Shown: positions 52,046 to 61,289 of the stretch, piece after piece
How the letters are laid out: each line of letters opens with the position of its first letter
Numbering within the stretch: the first letter of the stretch is position 1
NCBI GenBank assembly: GCA_023480885.1
Contig: JAMCWX010000066.1
Span: 37,467-101,466 of the forward strand
DNA length: 64,000 nt
Direction of reading: 5' to 3'
DNA from: Chloroflexota bacterium
GTDB lineage: Bacteria > Chloroflexota > UBA6077 > FW602-bin22 > JACPRP01
Translations under genes and position numbers: made by a program
Notes under the pieces: model-generated
Told to the model about the DNA's origin: nothing
Databases searched by the model: none
Seen by the model: only the letters and a program-made list of their open reading frames with translations

Positions 52046-53611
52046 TCAGCGCTTGCCCAGACACAGGTTATACTGATCGATTGCCTGCTGGAATCGGCCA
52101 GTCTTCATGAAGGCGTCTCCGAGCGCCCGATGGGCAGGAAGACAGCCAGGGTTGGAAGTCAACAGCGCTTGCAATCCTTCGATAACGCGGTCAATTAGCT
52201 CAGGCGATGACTTGACCAAGAGCTCGAACTCCTTCACCGCCTCTTCGGTTCGGCCTGAGCGGTGGTAGATCAGCGCAAGCTCGATGTGAGCCTCAAAGTC
52301 CTCCGGGTTCGCCGCAATCCGCTTGAGACAGGCTGATTCCAGAGCCGAGCTAGACTGTGGCGGCGCAGCAAGCCCTCCAATCTCGGCCAGCGCCGCGTTG
52401 ATTCTGGCCTCTGCTTCTTTGTCGAGCTCGATATCTTCGGTGAGAAGCTGGTTCCATTCTTCGTCGTACACCTCTGATTCCTGGAGTTCTGACCCTTGCG
52501 CGCTTGTCGAGCCTGAGGACACGGAGTCAAGCAAGGTCGCCTCGCCAAAGTCCTCTTTCACCTCAGAGGCTCCCTCACGGTAAGCCTCCGTGTCTTCTAT
52601 CGAAGATAGCTCCGCTGGCTCCTCTTCGCCTATGCCATCGAAATCGAGACGAATGGACGGCTCCTCTGACACGTCTTGTGAAATCAATTCGAGTTCCTCA
52701 GGGGCCAGCCCTTCCGAAGTCAGGGGCTCGATATCGAGATTGAGTGAAAGGTCGTCTGACAAATGCAAGCTATCTGCATAAGGCTCACTGTTGGTTACAT
52801 CGAGAGGTTCCTCGTCTGCGCTGAAGTCGGTTCTTGCGAGCGCGGCAGAAAGGTCGTCGAGCCCCTCAAACTCAGGTATCTCGACTTCAATTCTTGTGAG
52901 GTAGGCTATCACGCTGCTGCCGTCGAGAAGCTGGTCTGCGATGTTGTTCTCGGGATCGAGAGCCTGAGCGCAGCGCAAGAGCTCCTCTCCCTGTTCTTTC
53001 TGCCCTGATGCAAGCAGGGCATGTCCCACGATTATATTTGCCTTGAGGCAATCTGGCGAGTCCTGTAGCGCTTGTTGGCAGATGGAGTTCGCTTCATCAT
53101 AGCGCCCACTTTTCCACAGGGCCTCGCCAAGTGCAACAAGCAAATCAAGCCTGCCTGGTTGCGCATCTGAGGCGGACCGAAACTCCTGTGCGGCTCGGTC
53201 GTAAAGCTCGCCGCGGGCATAGATTCGCCCTAGGGCGCCTTTAGTCAAGTGTACTTCCCGTTGCGAAATGCGGTGCATTTCGCTCCTCAGCTCCTCGTGG
53301 CCTGGACTCAGTTCGAAGGCACGCTCCAACTCCCACTGTGCCGCCTCAGCATCCCCCTTGTCTTCCTGAAGTATGCTGAGCGCCCAGCGTGCGACCAGGT
53401 TTTCTGGATCGGCACTTAATACTCGCCGGAACGTGTCCTCTGCCTGCTCAACCATCCCCTTTTCGCGGTACGCCTCGCCGAGCAGGCAATGAGCTTCAAC
53501 GTTCTTAGGGTAAGAGCACAGCACGTGGAAGCAAAGGTCGATGGCGCGGTCGGTTGCTCCAGCAAGGATTGCCTCTTTAGCTGCCTCCAGACAGCCTCGC
53601 AACGTCGTCAA
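52046..53611 (-). CDS. TPR-repeat protein with an acidic low-complexity central region
   Basis: TPR-like helices lie at both ends, with a D/E/S/L-rich middle. TTG 53611 lies 6 nt after GGAGG and downstream of the promoter. The track start 53659 would place the -10 box inside the gene. Confidence 0.75.
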   Translation of the reverse strand: MTTLRGCLEAAKEAILAGATDRAIDLCFHVLCSYPKNVEAHCLLGEAYREKGMVEQAEDTFRRVLSADPENLVARWALSILQEDKGDAEAAQWELERAFELSPGHEELRSEMHRISQREVHLTKGALGRIYARGELYDRAAQEFRSASDAQPGRLDLLVALGEALWKSGRYDEANSICQQALQDSPDCLKANIIVGHALLASGQKEQGEELLRCAQALDPENNIADQLLDGSSVIAYLTRIEVEIPEFEGLDDLSAALARTDFSADEEPLDVTNSEPYADSLHLSDDLSLNLDIEPLTSEGLAPEELELISQDVSEEPSIRLDFDGIGEEEPAELSSIEDTEAYREGASEVKEDFGEATLLDSVSSGSTSAQGSELQESEVYDEEWNQLLTEDIELDKEAEARINAALAEIGGLAAPPQSSSALESACLKRIAANPEDFEAHIELALIYHRSGRTEEAVKEFELLVKSSPELIDRVIEGLQALLTSNPGCLPAHRALGDAFMKTGRFQQAIDQYNLCLGKR

Positions 53612-53649
53612 AGCCAACCTCCGAACTACTGCTATTGCCAGGGAATTAT

Positions 53650-53678
53650 AGCATAGCACAAATGGAATGCAGCATCAA
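53650..53678 (-). promoter_or_regulatory. promoter candidate for the TPR gene
   Basis: On the minus strand: TTGATG (53678-53673), 17 nt, TG-extended TATGCT (53655-50), overlapping TATAAT (53650-45). Confidence 0.4.
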
Positions 53679-53762
53679 TTTACCCAAAAGTACCACCACG
53701 CCCACTCCGTGGTCAGGGAGCTATAGATGGGCCTGATCAGATTCTAGCACGAGAATAGGTGA

Positions 53763-53822
53763 ACCGCAAAGACCGCCAAGAGCGCAAAGGAAATGACAGA
53801 AAATCTTTGCGTCCTTTGCGGT
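53763..53822. repeat. solitary two-step hairpin element
   Basis: ACCGCAAAG-[11-nt bulge]-CGCAAAG ... CTTTGCG-TC-CTTTGCGGT. It has the same outer-stem/bulge/inner-stem design as the 87-bp units but an unrelated sequence. Confidence 0.7.
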
Positions 53823-53915
53823 GACTGTCCAGAGGTTTTCGTCCTCGGTGGCGCCCCAGAGAGGGGCATAGAAAGCTGGTGTGAAACGCGTCGGCAGATG
53901 TGCCTGCCGCTCTGG

Positions 53916-53945
53916 TTGCAATTGCTGGAGTGAGTGTGCTATATT
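53916..53945 (+). promoter_or_regulatory. promoter candidate giving a leaderless transcript
   Basis: TTGCAA (53916-53921), 18 nt, TG-extended TATATT (53940-53945). ATG 53953 lies 7 nt downstream. Confidence 0.4.
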
Positions 53946-53952
53946 GTCCTTG

Positions 53953-54135
53953 ATGGTTATCGAAGGACATCCGTTAACCGAAGGCGACGCGGACGGCGTG
54001 CAGCCTTTCATAATGACAAGTGAGAAGGTGTGGCGAGAAGACGGCAGGTACCTCATCTATTACATCTTCAAGAGAGCACCCGAGACGCTTGTCGTCGAAG
54101 GGCAGCGAGCCGACCCGAAAAGCGTACAGGATTAG
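53953..54135 (+). CDS. hypothetical 60-aa protein, possibly leaderless
   Basis: ATG at the predicted transcription start, no SD. The product is MVIEGHPLTEGDADGVQPFIMTSEKVWREDGRYLIYYIF... It ends 5 nt before galT. Confidence 0.35.
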   Translation: MVIEGHPLTEGDADGVQPFIMTSEKVWREDGRYLIYYIFKRAPETLVVEGQRADPKSVQD

Positions 54136-54140
54136 CTTCA

Positions 54141-55118
54141 ATGTCCGAGATGCGCTGGGACCCAGTCCTAGAGGAGTGGGTAATCACGGCCACAAATCGC
54201 CACAACCGAACCTTCCTACCTCCCAAGGATTACTGCCCTCTTTGTCCTACCATTCCAGGGGTCGCTCCGACTGAGGTTCCATCCGCTGATTACGAGATAG
54301 CCGTATTTGAGAACAAGTTCCCATCGATGCGAGCCGTGCCTCCAACACCTGTCGTGGAAGGGACTGACGTGTACAGAGTAAAGCCAGCCCAGGGGCTGTG
54401 CGAAGTCGTGCTCTATTCGGCCAGGCACGAGGGAAGTCTGACCGACTTGAGCGTCGCGCAGATTACGCGGTTGATCTATGTCTGGGCGGATCGCTACGAA
54501 GAGTTGGGCAGCCTAGACTTCGTCGACTACGTCTTCATCTTTGAGAATAAGGGAGAAGTGATTGGCGTAACCGTCCCCCATCCGCACGGCCAGATATACG
54601 CGTTCCCATTCATTCCTCCGAGAATCCAGCGGGAGTTGGAGGCGGGTCGGCGCTATGTGGAGCGCACGGGGCGATGCCTGTTCTGTGACATCGTGCGAGA
54701 GGAGATGGCCGACGGCCGCCGCCTGGTCGCGCACAGCGAATCTTTCGTAGCCTTCGTTCCTTTTTCTGCTCACTATCCTTACGAACTGCACGTCTACGCT
54801 AGAGATCATAAGCTCTCTCTCAGCGATTTCGACAGCCGCCAGAGAATCGACCTGGCTCGGATACTGAAAGTTGTGCTGACCAAGTTTGACAATCTGTGGG
54901 GCTTCCCTTTCCCGTATATAATGGTGATGCATCAGAAGCCCACTGACGGAGGTTCTCACGACAGCTATCATTTCCATATCGAGTTTTATCCACCTCATCG
55001 AGCCAGGGATAAGTTGAAGTACCCTGCTGGGACGGAGGTGGGAGGAGGGGTATTTGTCAACGATACCCTGCCCGAGGAGAAGGCAGAGGAATTGAGGCAG
55101 GTCGAGCCCAGGAGTTGA
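54141..55118 (+). CDS. galT: galactose-1-phosphate uridylyltransferase
   Basis: N-terminus MRWDPVLEEWVI, CPLCP zinc motif and active-site HPHGQIYAFPF. ATG 54141 is preferred over the longer track ORF. Confidence 0.9.
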   Translation: MSEMRWDPVLEEWVITATNRHNRTFLPPKDYCPLCPTIPGVAPTEVPSADYEIAVFENKFPSMRAVPPTPVVEGTDVYRVKPAQGLCEVVLYSARHEGSLTDLSVAQITRLIYVWADRYEELGSLDFVDYVFIFENKGEVIGVTVPHPHGQIYAFPFIPPRIQRELEAGRRYVERTGRCLFCDIVREEMADGRRLVAHSESFVAFVPFSAHYPYELHVYARDHKLSLSDFDSRQRIDLARILKVVLTKFDNLWGFPFPYIMVMHQKPTDGGSHDSYHFHIEFYPPHRARDKLKYPAGTEVGGGVFVNDTLPEEKAEELRQVEPRS

Positions 55119-55124
55119 CCTCCG

Positions 55125-55874
55125 TCAGGCCATCGAGTAGCCGCCGTTGACGCTCAACGACTGTCCCGTGATGAAGCTGGCTGCGTCGGAGGCAAGGAAG
55201 ACTACGGCGTTGGCGATGTCCTCTGGTTTCCCCAGCCGACGTATGGCGTAGCTCTTGACCACCTGATCGACGTTATCGCCCAGGAGACCCATCGCCAAGG
55301 GCGTCTCAATCGTCCCCGGCGACACCGAGTTAACGTTGATGCCGTACCGCCCTAACTCCTTGGCGAGCGCCTTAGAGAAAGCGATGATGCCCGCTTTTGC
55401 GGCGGAGTAGGTGACGAGCCTGGCTTCACCTATCTTCCCCGCATCAGAAGCGATGCTAACGATCTTGCCGTAGCGACGATCGATCATGTGCTGTACGACG
55501 GCGCTGGCACAGTTCATTGCTCCGAGAAGGTTCACATTGATGTCGATGTCCCAATCCTTCCTGGTCGACTGCGCGAAGAACTTGTGGAAGGCGGTTCCAG
55601 CGTTGTTCACCAGGATGTCGATCTGGCCGAACTCGGTCAGGACCTTGTCGACCATCGCTCGAACCTGGGCTTCATCGGTGACGTCTGCTTGAATCGAGAT
55701 TGCCTCACCGCCGAACTGATTGATCTCGTCGGCGACGTCCGCGGCAGTGGCGGGATTCTTGTCGGCGACGGCCACACGGGCGCCTTCATTTGCGAAAGCC
55801 AGGGCGATTGCACGGCCGATTCCCTGGCCGCCTCCGGTGATCAAGGCAACTTTGCCTCGCAGGTTAAGCTCCAT
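55125..55874 (-). CDS. short-chain dehydrogenase/reductase (FabG-like)
   Basis: ATG 55874 lies 6 nt after AGGAGG. It has TGGGQGIG, NNAG and the YSAAK catalytic motif. The longer track ORF runs over the tRNA gene. Confidence 0.9.
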   Translation of the reverse strand: MELNLRGKVALITGGGQGIGRAIALAFANEGARVAVADKNPATAADVADEINQFGGEAISIQADVTDEAQVRAMVDKVLTEFGQIDILVNNAGTAFHKFFAQSTRKDWDIDINVNLLGAMNCASAVVQHMIDRRYGKIVSIASDAGKIGEARLVTYSAAKAGIIAFSKALAKELGRYGINVNSVSPGTIETPLAMGLLGDNVDQVVKSYAIRRLGKPEDIANAVVFLASDAASFITGQSLSVNGGYSMA

Positions 55875-55963
55875 AGCAAACCTCCTGGGAAAGGAAGTAA
55901 TGCACGGTAGAAATCGCCTCGGGTGGGGCATTGATGGGCGACCTGGACTGCGGGGACCAGAAT

Positions 55964-56039
55964 TGGTGGAGCTGAGGGGATTCGAACCCCTGGCCTCTAC
56001 AATGCGAGTGTAGCGCTCTCCCGGCTGAGCTACAGCCCC
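55964..56039 (-). tRNA. tRNA-Ala (anticodon CGC), CCA encoded
   Basis: The reverse complement GGGGCTGTAGCTCAGCCGGGAGAGCGCTACACTCGCATTGTAGAGGCCAGGGGTTCGAATCCCCTCAGCTCCACCA folds as a cloverleaf. It has the G3:U70 alanine identity pair and anticodon loop CTCGCAT. Confidence 0.95.
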
Positions 56040-56093
56040 GGCTTGGCTTTGTGCACGATCACATCGTTTCATTAGTGAGCGAGCTGCTTAGAT

Positions 56094-56123
56094 ATTATAC
56101 GGGATTGGCGCCGATGGCGTCAA
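56094..56123 (-). promoter_or_regulatory. promoter candidate for tRNA-Ala
   Basis: On the minus strand: TTGACG (56123-56118), 18 nt, TATAAT (56099-56094), about 50 nt upstream of the tRNA 5' end. Confidence 0.5.
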
Positions 56124-56174
56124 GGCGCTGGCAGGGGGCGCGGCAACTCTGCCAAAGGCATAGCCACATGCCGC

Positions 56175-56203
56175 TTGTAAGGCGGTATGTGCTATGCTAT
56201 TAT
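56175..56203 (+). promoter_or_regulatory. promoter candidate for the phosphoesterase operon
   Basis: TTGTAA (56175-56180), 17 nt, TATTAT (56198-56203). Confidence 0.4.
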
Positions 56204-56287
56204 GCGCCAGTGAGCTAGAGCGCGGTTTTCTCCGCTGAATCGGTGTAAAATATTAGTATTACATGCAGTCGTGGACGACGAAGCAAG

Positions 56288-57331
56288 GTGTCAACTCTTA
56301 GGACAAATAGGCGAAAAGCTAGAGAAACGAAGTTGAGAATAGGCCTCATCGCGGACACCCACGAGGCCGGTGATCCTCTGACGCTGATACGCTTGCTAGG
56401 AAGGCAGCGATGTGATCTCAACGTCCACCTCGGGGATATCGGCGGCTCGGAATACACTTCCAAGCTGGTTCACGAGTTTAAGGAAAACCTGGGCAATCTG
56501 GATCACCTCAGCCCAGAAGACCAGGAGAGCTACGCTGAACTTCGGAAGAAGGGAACGCCAGCCATCTGGGCATATATCGAGATGCGAACGCGCCACGATC
56601 CCAACAGCCACGAACGGAGAGCTCTCGAGACGACCCAAAGCTATGCGTCGGTAATCGAAGCTATGTCTCGGCTTCGACGCGTTTTCTTTGTCAGCGGCAA
56701 TATCGATAGAGCGCTTTCCAAAATGGATGGGGTCAGGACCATCCTGGAGGAGAATGGCGTCGATTTGATCGCCGAGCCTAAGCTCATCGAATTGGGGGAT
56801 CAAGCGATTGCGTTGTGGCCGTCGATGAAGCCAGTAACGCAGAAGCTGGCTCGTCGTCTGGACACGATCGTTGCCGATTTCGTCAACCGTCTGGAGGACA
56901 AGCGGCGCTTGGTCGTCCTTGCCCACGAGCAATTGTTCAAAGGGCCAGTGCCGGAGACGTACAGGGAGAACGTCAAGAGAGCAGGCATGAAAGCGCTGAC
57001 GGTGCCGTTTTACGAGCCGAATCCGACGTGGGTGCATCTGATGAGCCTGTTCAGGCTCCTTCCCGCCCACGTGGATCTGGTCTTCGTGCACGGCCACGTT
57101 CACGATCCCTGTGATGTGATTATGGCCGGGGTGCCCTATCTGAAGGGAACGCCAGAGTTGGGGCTGGCGTATCGTTTGTATGGATTCGGCTCGCCGCCGT
57201 CCACGGATAACTGCGACAGGAGGGGGCGGAGAACCGTGCGCATCTTTTGCGTGCCAGCGGATGAGGCAATGATTATCGTTCTCGATGGCCAGGGGGTGAG
57301 AATGGAGAGGTTGGGAGGGAGCCAATCTTGA
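56288..57331 (+). CDS. calcineurin-like metallophosphoesterase family protein
   Basis: GLIADTHE, HLGDIG and VHGHVHDP metal-binding motifs. Confidence 0.7.
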   Translation: MSTLRTNRRKARETKLRIGLIADTHEAGDPLTLIRLLGRQRCDLNVHLGDIGGSEYTSKLVHEFKENLGNLDHLSPEDQESYAELRKKGTPAIWAYIEMRTRHDPNSHERRALETTQSYASVIEAMSRLRRVFFVSGNIDRALSKMDGVRTILEENGVDLIAEPKLIELGDQAIALWPSMKPVTQKLARRLDTIVADFVNRLEDKRRLVVLAHEQLFKGPVPETYRENVKRAGMKALTVPFYEPNPTWVHLMSLFRLLPAHVDLVFVHGHVHDPCDVIMAGVPYLKGTPELGLAYRLYGFGSPPSTDNCDRRGRRTVRIFCVPADEAMIIVLDGQGVRMERLGGSQS

Positions 57332-57816
57332 CCCAAGCTACTAAGGAGAAAATCCTGGCATATATGCAGGAACACAATACTTTAACGTTGTCGACTTGCG
57401 GCGAAGGTATGCCCTGGGCCGCGTCGGTCTTCTTCGCCAACGATGATTTGGTTCTCTATTTCCTTTCAGATCCCAAGACACAACACGGTCGCCATTTAGC
57501 TTCGAATCCTATGGTTGCGGCTACGATTAACGAGGATTACCGTGATTGGCGCAAGATCAAAGGTATTCAATTAGAGGGCAAGGCTGAGATAGTCACCAGC
57601 CGCGGAGAAAAAGCCAAGGGATTTGCCGTCTACGTGCGCAAATTCCCTTTCGTCGCCGAGTTCTTCTCTTCTCCAACAAAGCTCGCCCTCGCGATGTTTC
57701 CCAAGATATCGTCCACCACTTTGTATAAGATCACTCCCTCGAGAATATTGTTCTTAGACAACGAGCAGGGCTTTGGCTGCCGAGAGGAGCTGATTATTGA
57801 GCGTACGGTCGACTAA
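57328..57816 (+). CDS. pyridoxamine-5'-phosphate-oxidase-like FMN-binding protein
   Basis: Split-barrel pattern (TLTLSTCGEGMPWAASVFF...LYFLSDPKTQHGRHL...GIQLEGKAE). It overlaps the previous gene by 4 nt. Confidence 0.7.
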   Translation: MTQATKEKILAYMQEHNTLTLSTCGEGMPWAASVFFANDDLVLYFLSDPKTQHGRHLASNPMVAATINEDYRDWRKIKGIQLEGKAEIVTSRGEKAKGFAVYVRKFPFVAEFFSSPTKLALAMFPKISSTTLYKITPSRILFLDNEQGFGCREELIIERTVD

Positions 57817-57885
57817 ATGTGATATAATAGGTCCCGAAATGCGTCTTGGTGTCGTCTTGGCCTGTATCGTTCTTAAGGTGCGATA

Positions 57886-60558
57886 ATGCGAGAACGTGAG
57901 GGTGGGTCTTGGGGCCGGGGTCGGTTGACTGGGTTGATCGATGGCGAGGCGCTGCGCGAATTACTGAATAATCTCCGCCTTGCAACTGGTCTTCCAATGG
58001 AAATACGTGATGACCACGGATTCCCTCTTGTCAGCGCCGATGCTCTGCCAGCCTTTTGCACCTTGGTGCGCGAGCGTCCTAGAGGCATGAGCCTTTGCTG
58101 CAAGAAAGCTGTTGCCCATTGTCCAACGACGGTCGGCAAGACCGCTCAGTTCGCCACGTACGACGGGGTCCATCATCTCATCTCTCCCATCCTAGCGGAG
58201 GGGGAATTCACTGGCGCATTGCTGGTCGGCCCATTCCTGCTGTCCGCTTTGTCTGAAAGAGCCGTGCCGCTGCGGGCACATTTTCTCTCTTTGCCCGAAG
58301 ATCAATTGTTGCAGGCCGCGAGCGACATTCCTACTGTTGGAGCGGAGCAAGTCGAGGCTTCACAGCGACTGCTGGCAGCCTTCTCTACCATCCTTTCGCA
58401 GCAGGCAACGCTGGCATCTCGAAACGAGGCAGCGCGACTGGAGCAGCGGCGGAGCCTCGAGGAAATAGCGACGCTGCGACACGTCATGCAAGTGATCAAT
58501 TCTGGTCTCGATCTAGGACGAACCCTTAACCTGATCGCCCAGTTCGCGCTGGAGATGACGAAGAGCGACGCCGCGTTGATCAGGTTGCTAGAGGCGGACG
58601 ATCTGGTGGTGAGAGGCGAGGCGGGCTTAAGGACCGTTCGCTCGAAGCATTCGCGAATTAAGTTGGGAGAGTACGTTGCTGGCAGGGTCGCTGCAGAGGG
58701 GAAGGCCATTACCCTGATCGACATTCAGCAGTGTGGCTTGGCGCAGCCCAGCAGGTTTGTTTCACGAAACCGTTTTCACGGTTATCTTTGCATTCCCATT
58801 CAAGCGAGGGGCAAAGTGCTTGGAGTGCTGTCGACGTTTAAGCGCAAGCGCTACCGTTATTCTGATGACGAGGTCAAGAGGCTGAGTTCACTGGCCAACG
58901 AGGCGGCAGTGGCCGTCGAGAATGCGCTGCTTTACGAGGAGCGCGTTCGAGCGGAAAACCGAGCCTCTCTGCTTGCAGAGGCAGGCAAGCTTTTTGCTTC
59001 GAGCTTGGACGTTGAAGAGATTCTGCAGGTGGTTGCGGAGAAAGTAGGGAAGTCGCTCGACGTGCTCTGCGGCATTTATCTCCTGGAAGCGGACGGTGAG
59101 ACCCTGACGCTCAAGGGTGTCCACCACCCGAACCAGGCAAAGGTCGACCTGGTGCTGAAAATGATCGAGGCCAGCCCTGTTCGTGTTGGCCGTGGCCTTG
59201 CCGGGCGCGCGATAATGGCCAGTCGAACGATAGTCGTCGATGGTCAGGGGCCTGACGCTTTTCCTGGCTGTGACCGACCTTACTTTCGCGCTATGAACCC
59301 GACTTCGGCCATATCTGTTCCGCTGAGAGCGAAAGACCGGATTCTGGGTGCTATGATCGTATCGATCACCGATTCTGACAGGAGATTCGACGCAGGCGAT
59401 ATCGGGCTGGTGGAGCAACTGGCAGAGCGAACCGCGACTTCTATAGAAAACGCTCAGCTCTATCATCGTGCCAGGACCGAGCAAATGAAGCTCGAGGCCG
59501 TTATCTCAGGTATGGCCGATGGGGTAGTCATCGTCGATAAAGATGGCAAAATGGTGACGGCGAACAGAGCAGCTCAGGAGATATTTGGCAAACCCACTGA
59601 GGCCAGGATGCGAGACACAGGAAGCTCACCTCTTCGTGAGCCCTCTACAATCGATTGCCCGTCCTGCCCCATCGATGTGTTGCCTCTCAACAAAGTGTTG
59701 ACAAACGGCGGTGGTGTAGTCATCGAGGAGATCACCCTTCGACGCGACGATGGCGACTCCCGCACCTGCCAGGTCAGCGCGGCGCCAGTTCTGGATGCCG
59801 CTGGAGCCATAACTGGAGCCGTCGCGGTCTTGAGAGACGTGACAGCTATCAGAGAAGTCGAGAGAATGAAGGACGAGTTTATTTCTGTCGTTTCGCACGA
59901 GCTTCGTGCGCCGCTCACAGCCATTTCCGGATATACTCAGATGCTGGCTCGTCAGCTTTCCAAGCGGCCTAGCCTCGAAGTTGAGCTTGGCGAGCTTGAC
60001 CTCGTGAACGCTCACGCCCAGCGTCTTACCACGCTAGTCCAGGAAATACTGGATATCCCGCGCCTGGAATCTGGTCGCTTGCGGTTGAACAAGCATAGCG
60101 TCTCTTTGCAAGCTCTGACCAAGGCTTTCGTCGATCGTTTGAGGCTTCCGTCAGACGCACACACCGTTAAGGTTCGAGTGCCCAAAGATTTGCCGCCAGT
60201 TTACGCGGATCCAAGGCGTGTAGAGCAAATCCTTTGGAACCTGATTAACAACGCCGTGAAATACTCTCCGAATGGGGGTCAGGTGCTCGTGAGCGTGAAG
60301 CCTCACGGGCAAGAAGCGATTGTGTCTGTGCGCGACTGGGGGATTGGCATCGAGCGCAAGGAATTGCACAAATTGTTCGAGAGGTTTTATCGGGTGGACA
60401 ACAAAGAGAATCGGGAGTTCGAGGGCATAGGCCTGGGCCTGCACATAGCCAGGATGCTGGTAGAGTCGCATGATGGCAGTATCTGGGCTACGAGCCGAAA
60501 GGGGCATGGCAGCGCCTTTAGCTTCTCACTTCCTTTTGTAGGAGGCAAGAGTGACTAG
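57886..60558 (+). CDS. cytoplasmic multi-domain sensor histidine kinase (PocR, 2x GAF, PAS, HisKA, HATPase)
   Basis: N-terminal PocR-like Cys-containing domain (FCTLVRERPRGMSLCCKKAVAHC), two GAF-like blocks, a PAS block, H-box SHELRAPL and G-boxes. No TM segments are evident. Confidence 0.85.
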   Translation: MREREGGSWGRGRLTGLIDGEALRELLNNLRLATGLPMEIRDDHGFPLVSADALPAFCTLVRERPRGMSLCCKKAVAHCPTTVGKTAQFATYDGVHHLISPILAEGEFTGALLVGPFLLSALSERAVPLRAHFLSLPEDQLLQAASDIPTVGAEQVEASQRLLAAFSTILSQQATLASRNEAARLEQRRSLEEIATLRHVMQVINSGLDLGRTLNLIAQFALEMTKSDAALIRLLEADDLVVRGEAGLRTVRSKHSRIKLGEYVAGRVAAEGKAITLIDIQQCGLAQPSRFVSRNRFHGYLCIPIQARGKVLGVLSTFKRKRYRYSDDEVKRLSSLANEAAVAVENALLYEERVRAENRASLLAEAGKLFASSLDVEEILQVVAEKVGKSLDVLCGIYLLEADGETLTLKGVHHPNQAKVDLVLKMIEASPVRVGRGLAGRAIMASRTIVVDGQGPDAFPGCDRPYFRAMNPTSAISVPLRAKDRILGAMIVSITDSDRRFDAGDIGLVEQLAERTATSIENAQLYHRARTEQMKLEAVISGMADGVVIVDKDGKMVTANRAAQEIFGKPTEARMRDTGSSPLREPSTIDCPSCPIDVLPLNKVLTNGGGVVIEEITLRRDDGDSRTCQVSAAPVLDAAGAITGAVAVLRDVTAIREVERMKDEFISVVSHELRAPLTAISGYTQMLARQLSKRPSLEVELGELDLVNAHAQRLTTLVQEILDIPRLESGRLRLNKHSVSLQALTKAFVDRLRLPSDAHTVKVRVPKDLPPVYADPRRVEQILWNLINNAVKYSPNGGQVLVSVKPHGQEAIVSVRDWGIGIERKELHKLFERFYRVDNKENREFEGIGLGLHIARMLVESHDGSIWATSRKGHGSAFSFSLPFVGGKSD

Positions 60559-60934
60559 GGTTCTTGTAGTGGATGATGATGTGTCGGTAGCCAAATTGCT
60601 TGCGACTCTGTTATCGGAGGAAGGATTCGAAGCTATCCCGATCACATCAGGCCAAAGGGCGCTTGAGGTGGCGCGGGGGACGAAACTCGACGTGATCCTG
60701 TTAGATCTAATGATGCCTGTGGTGAGCGGCTCGATGGTCTGCGAGCAGTTGAAGGCTGATGATGCCACCAAGCACGTGCCTGTGATTATTATCTCCGGCG
60801 ATGGCAGGGTAGAAGAGAAGGCGCGCCATCTTGGAGCTACCGATTTCATCCTCAAACCCTTCGACCTCGACGACGTCGTCAATCGGGTCAGGAAATGTTG
60901 TGGCGATATGACGAAGGTCCCCGCTGACGTATGA
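60551..60934 (+). CDS. stand-alone receiver-domain response regulator
   Basis: VLVVDDD...LLDLMMPVVSG...KP receiver pattern with no output domain. It overlaps the kinase gene by 8 nt. Confidence 0.85.
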   Translation: MTRVLVVDDDVSVAKLLATLLSEEGFEAIPITSGQRALEVARGTKLDVILLDLMMPVVSGSMVCEQLKADDATKHVPVIIISGDGRVEEKARHLGATDFILKPFDLDDVVNRVRKCCGDMTKVPADV

Positions 60935-60939
60935 GCGCC

Positions 60940-61203
60940 TCACCTTCCCAGACTTGATCCAATATCACCGCAAAATCTGATACAGTGAGACCCGAGCGCG
61001 CTCAGGATGGTGATCTTGCCCAGGCGGAAGTACCAATTGCTCGGCAGCCCGAGAGCCCACCAGTAGTCGAGCTACTGGCCGTCGACCGATTTATCTAGTA
61101 GGCGGCAGGATAGCAGAGCCAGGGCAGGGACCACGAAGACGTAGGCCGCTGGAATGCTCAGGCCAAGGAGGGAGAGCGCCCATAAGGAAGGTGCTAGCCG
61201 CAA
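60940..61203 (-). pseudogene. possible remnant of a membrane-protein gene with an in-frame TAG
   Basis: The minus-strand frame reads LRLAPSLWALSLLGLSIPAAYVFVVPALALLSCRLLDKSVDGQ*LDYWWALGLPSNWYFRLGKITILSALGSHCIRF... The stop lies at 61072-61074. I do not recognise a family. Confidence 0.25.
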
Positions 61204-61248
61204 CTACAAGAGGGAGATTCGGTCCTGTCTGTCGGTGAGCGTTTCGAG

Positions 61249-61278
61249 TTGGTGAAATCCTCGACGATGTGCTATAAT
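61249..61278 (+). promoter_or_regulatory. promoter candidate for the mod leader
   Basis: TTGGTG (61249-61254), 18 nt, TG-extended TATAAT (61273-61278). Confidence 0.45.
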
Positions 61279-61289
61279 GTGCCAAACTT

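Noticed and set aside
53721-54056. A minus-strand 111-aa ORF and a 77-aa ORF upstream of galT.
   Set aside because: They cover the CGCAAAG hairpin element and the plus-strand promoter, and have no family resemblance or SD.
55875-56072. N-terminal extension of the SDR ORF (track start 56072).
   Set aside because: The extension is the reverse-strand reading of the tRNA-Ala gene. The SDR has its own AGGAGG-spaced ATG at 55874 and a canonical N-terminus from there.
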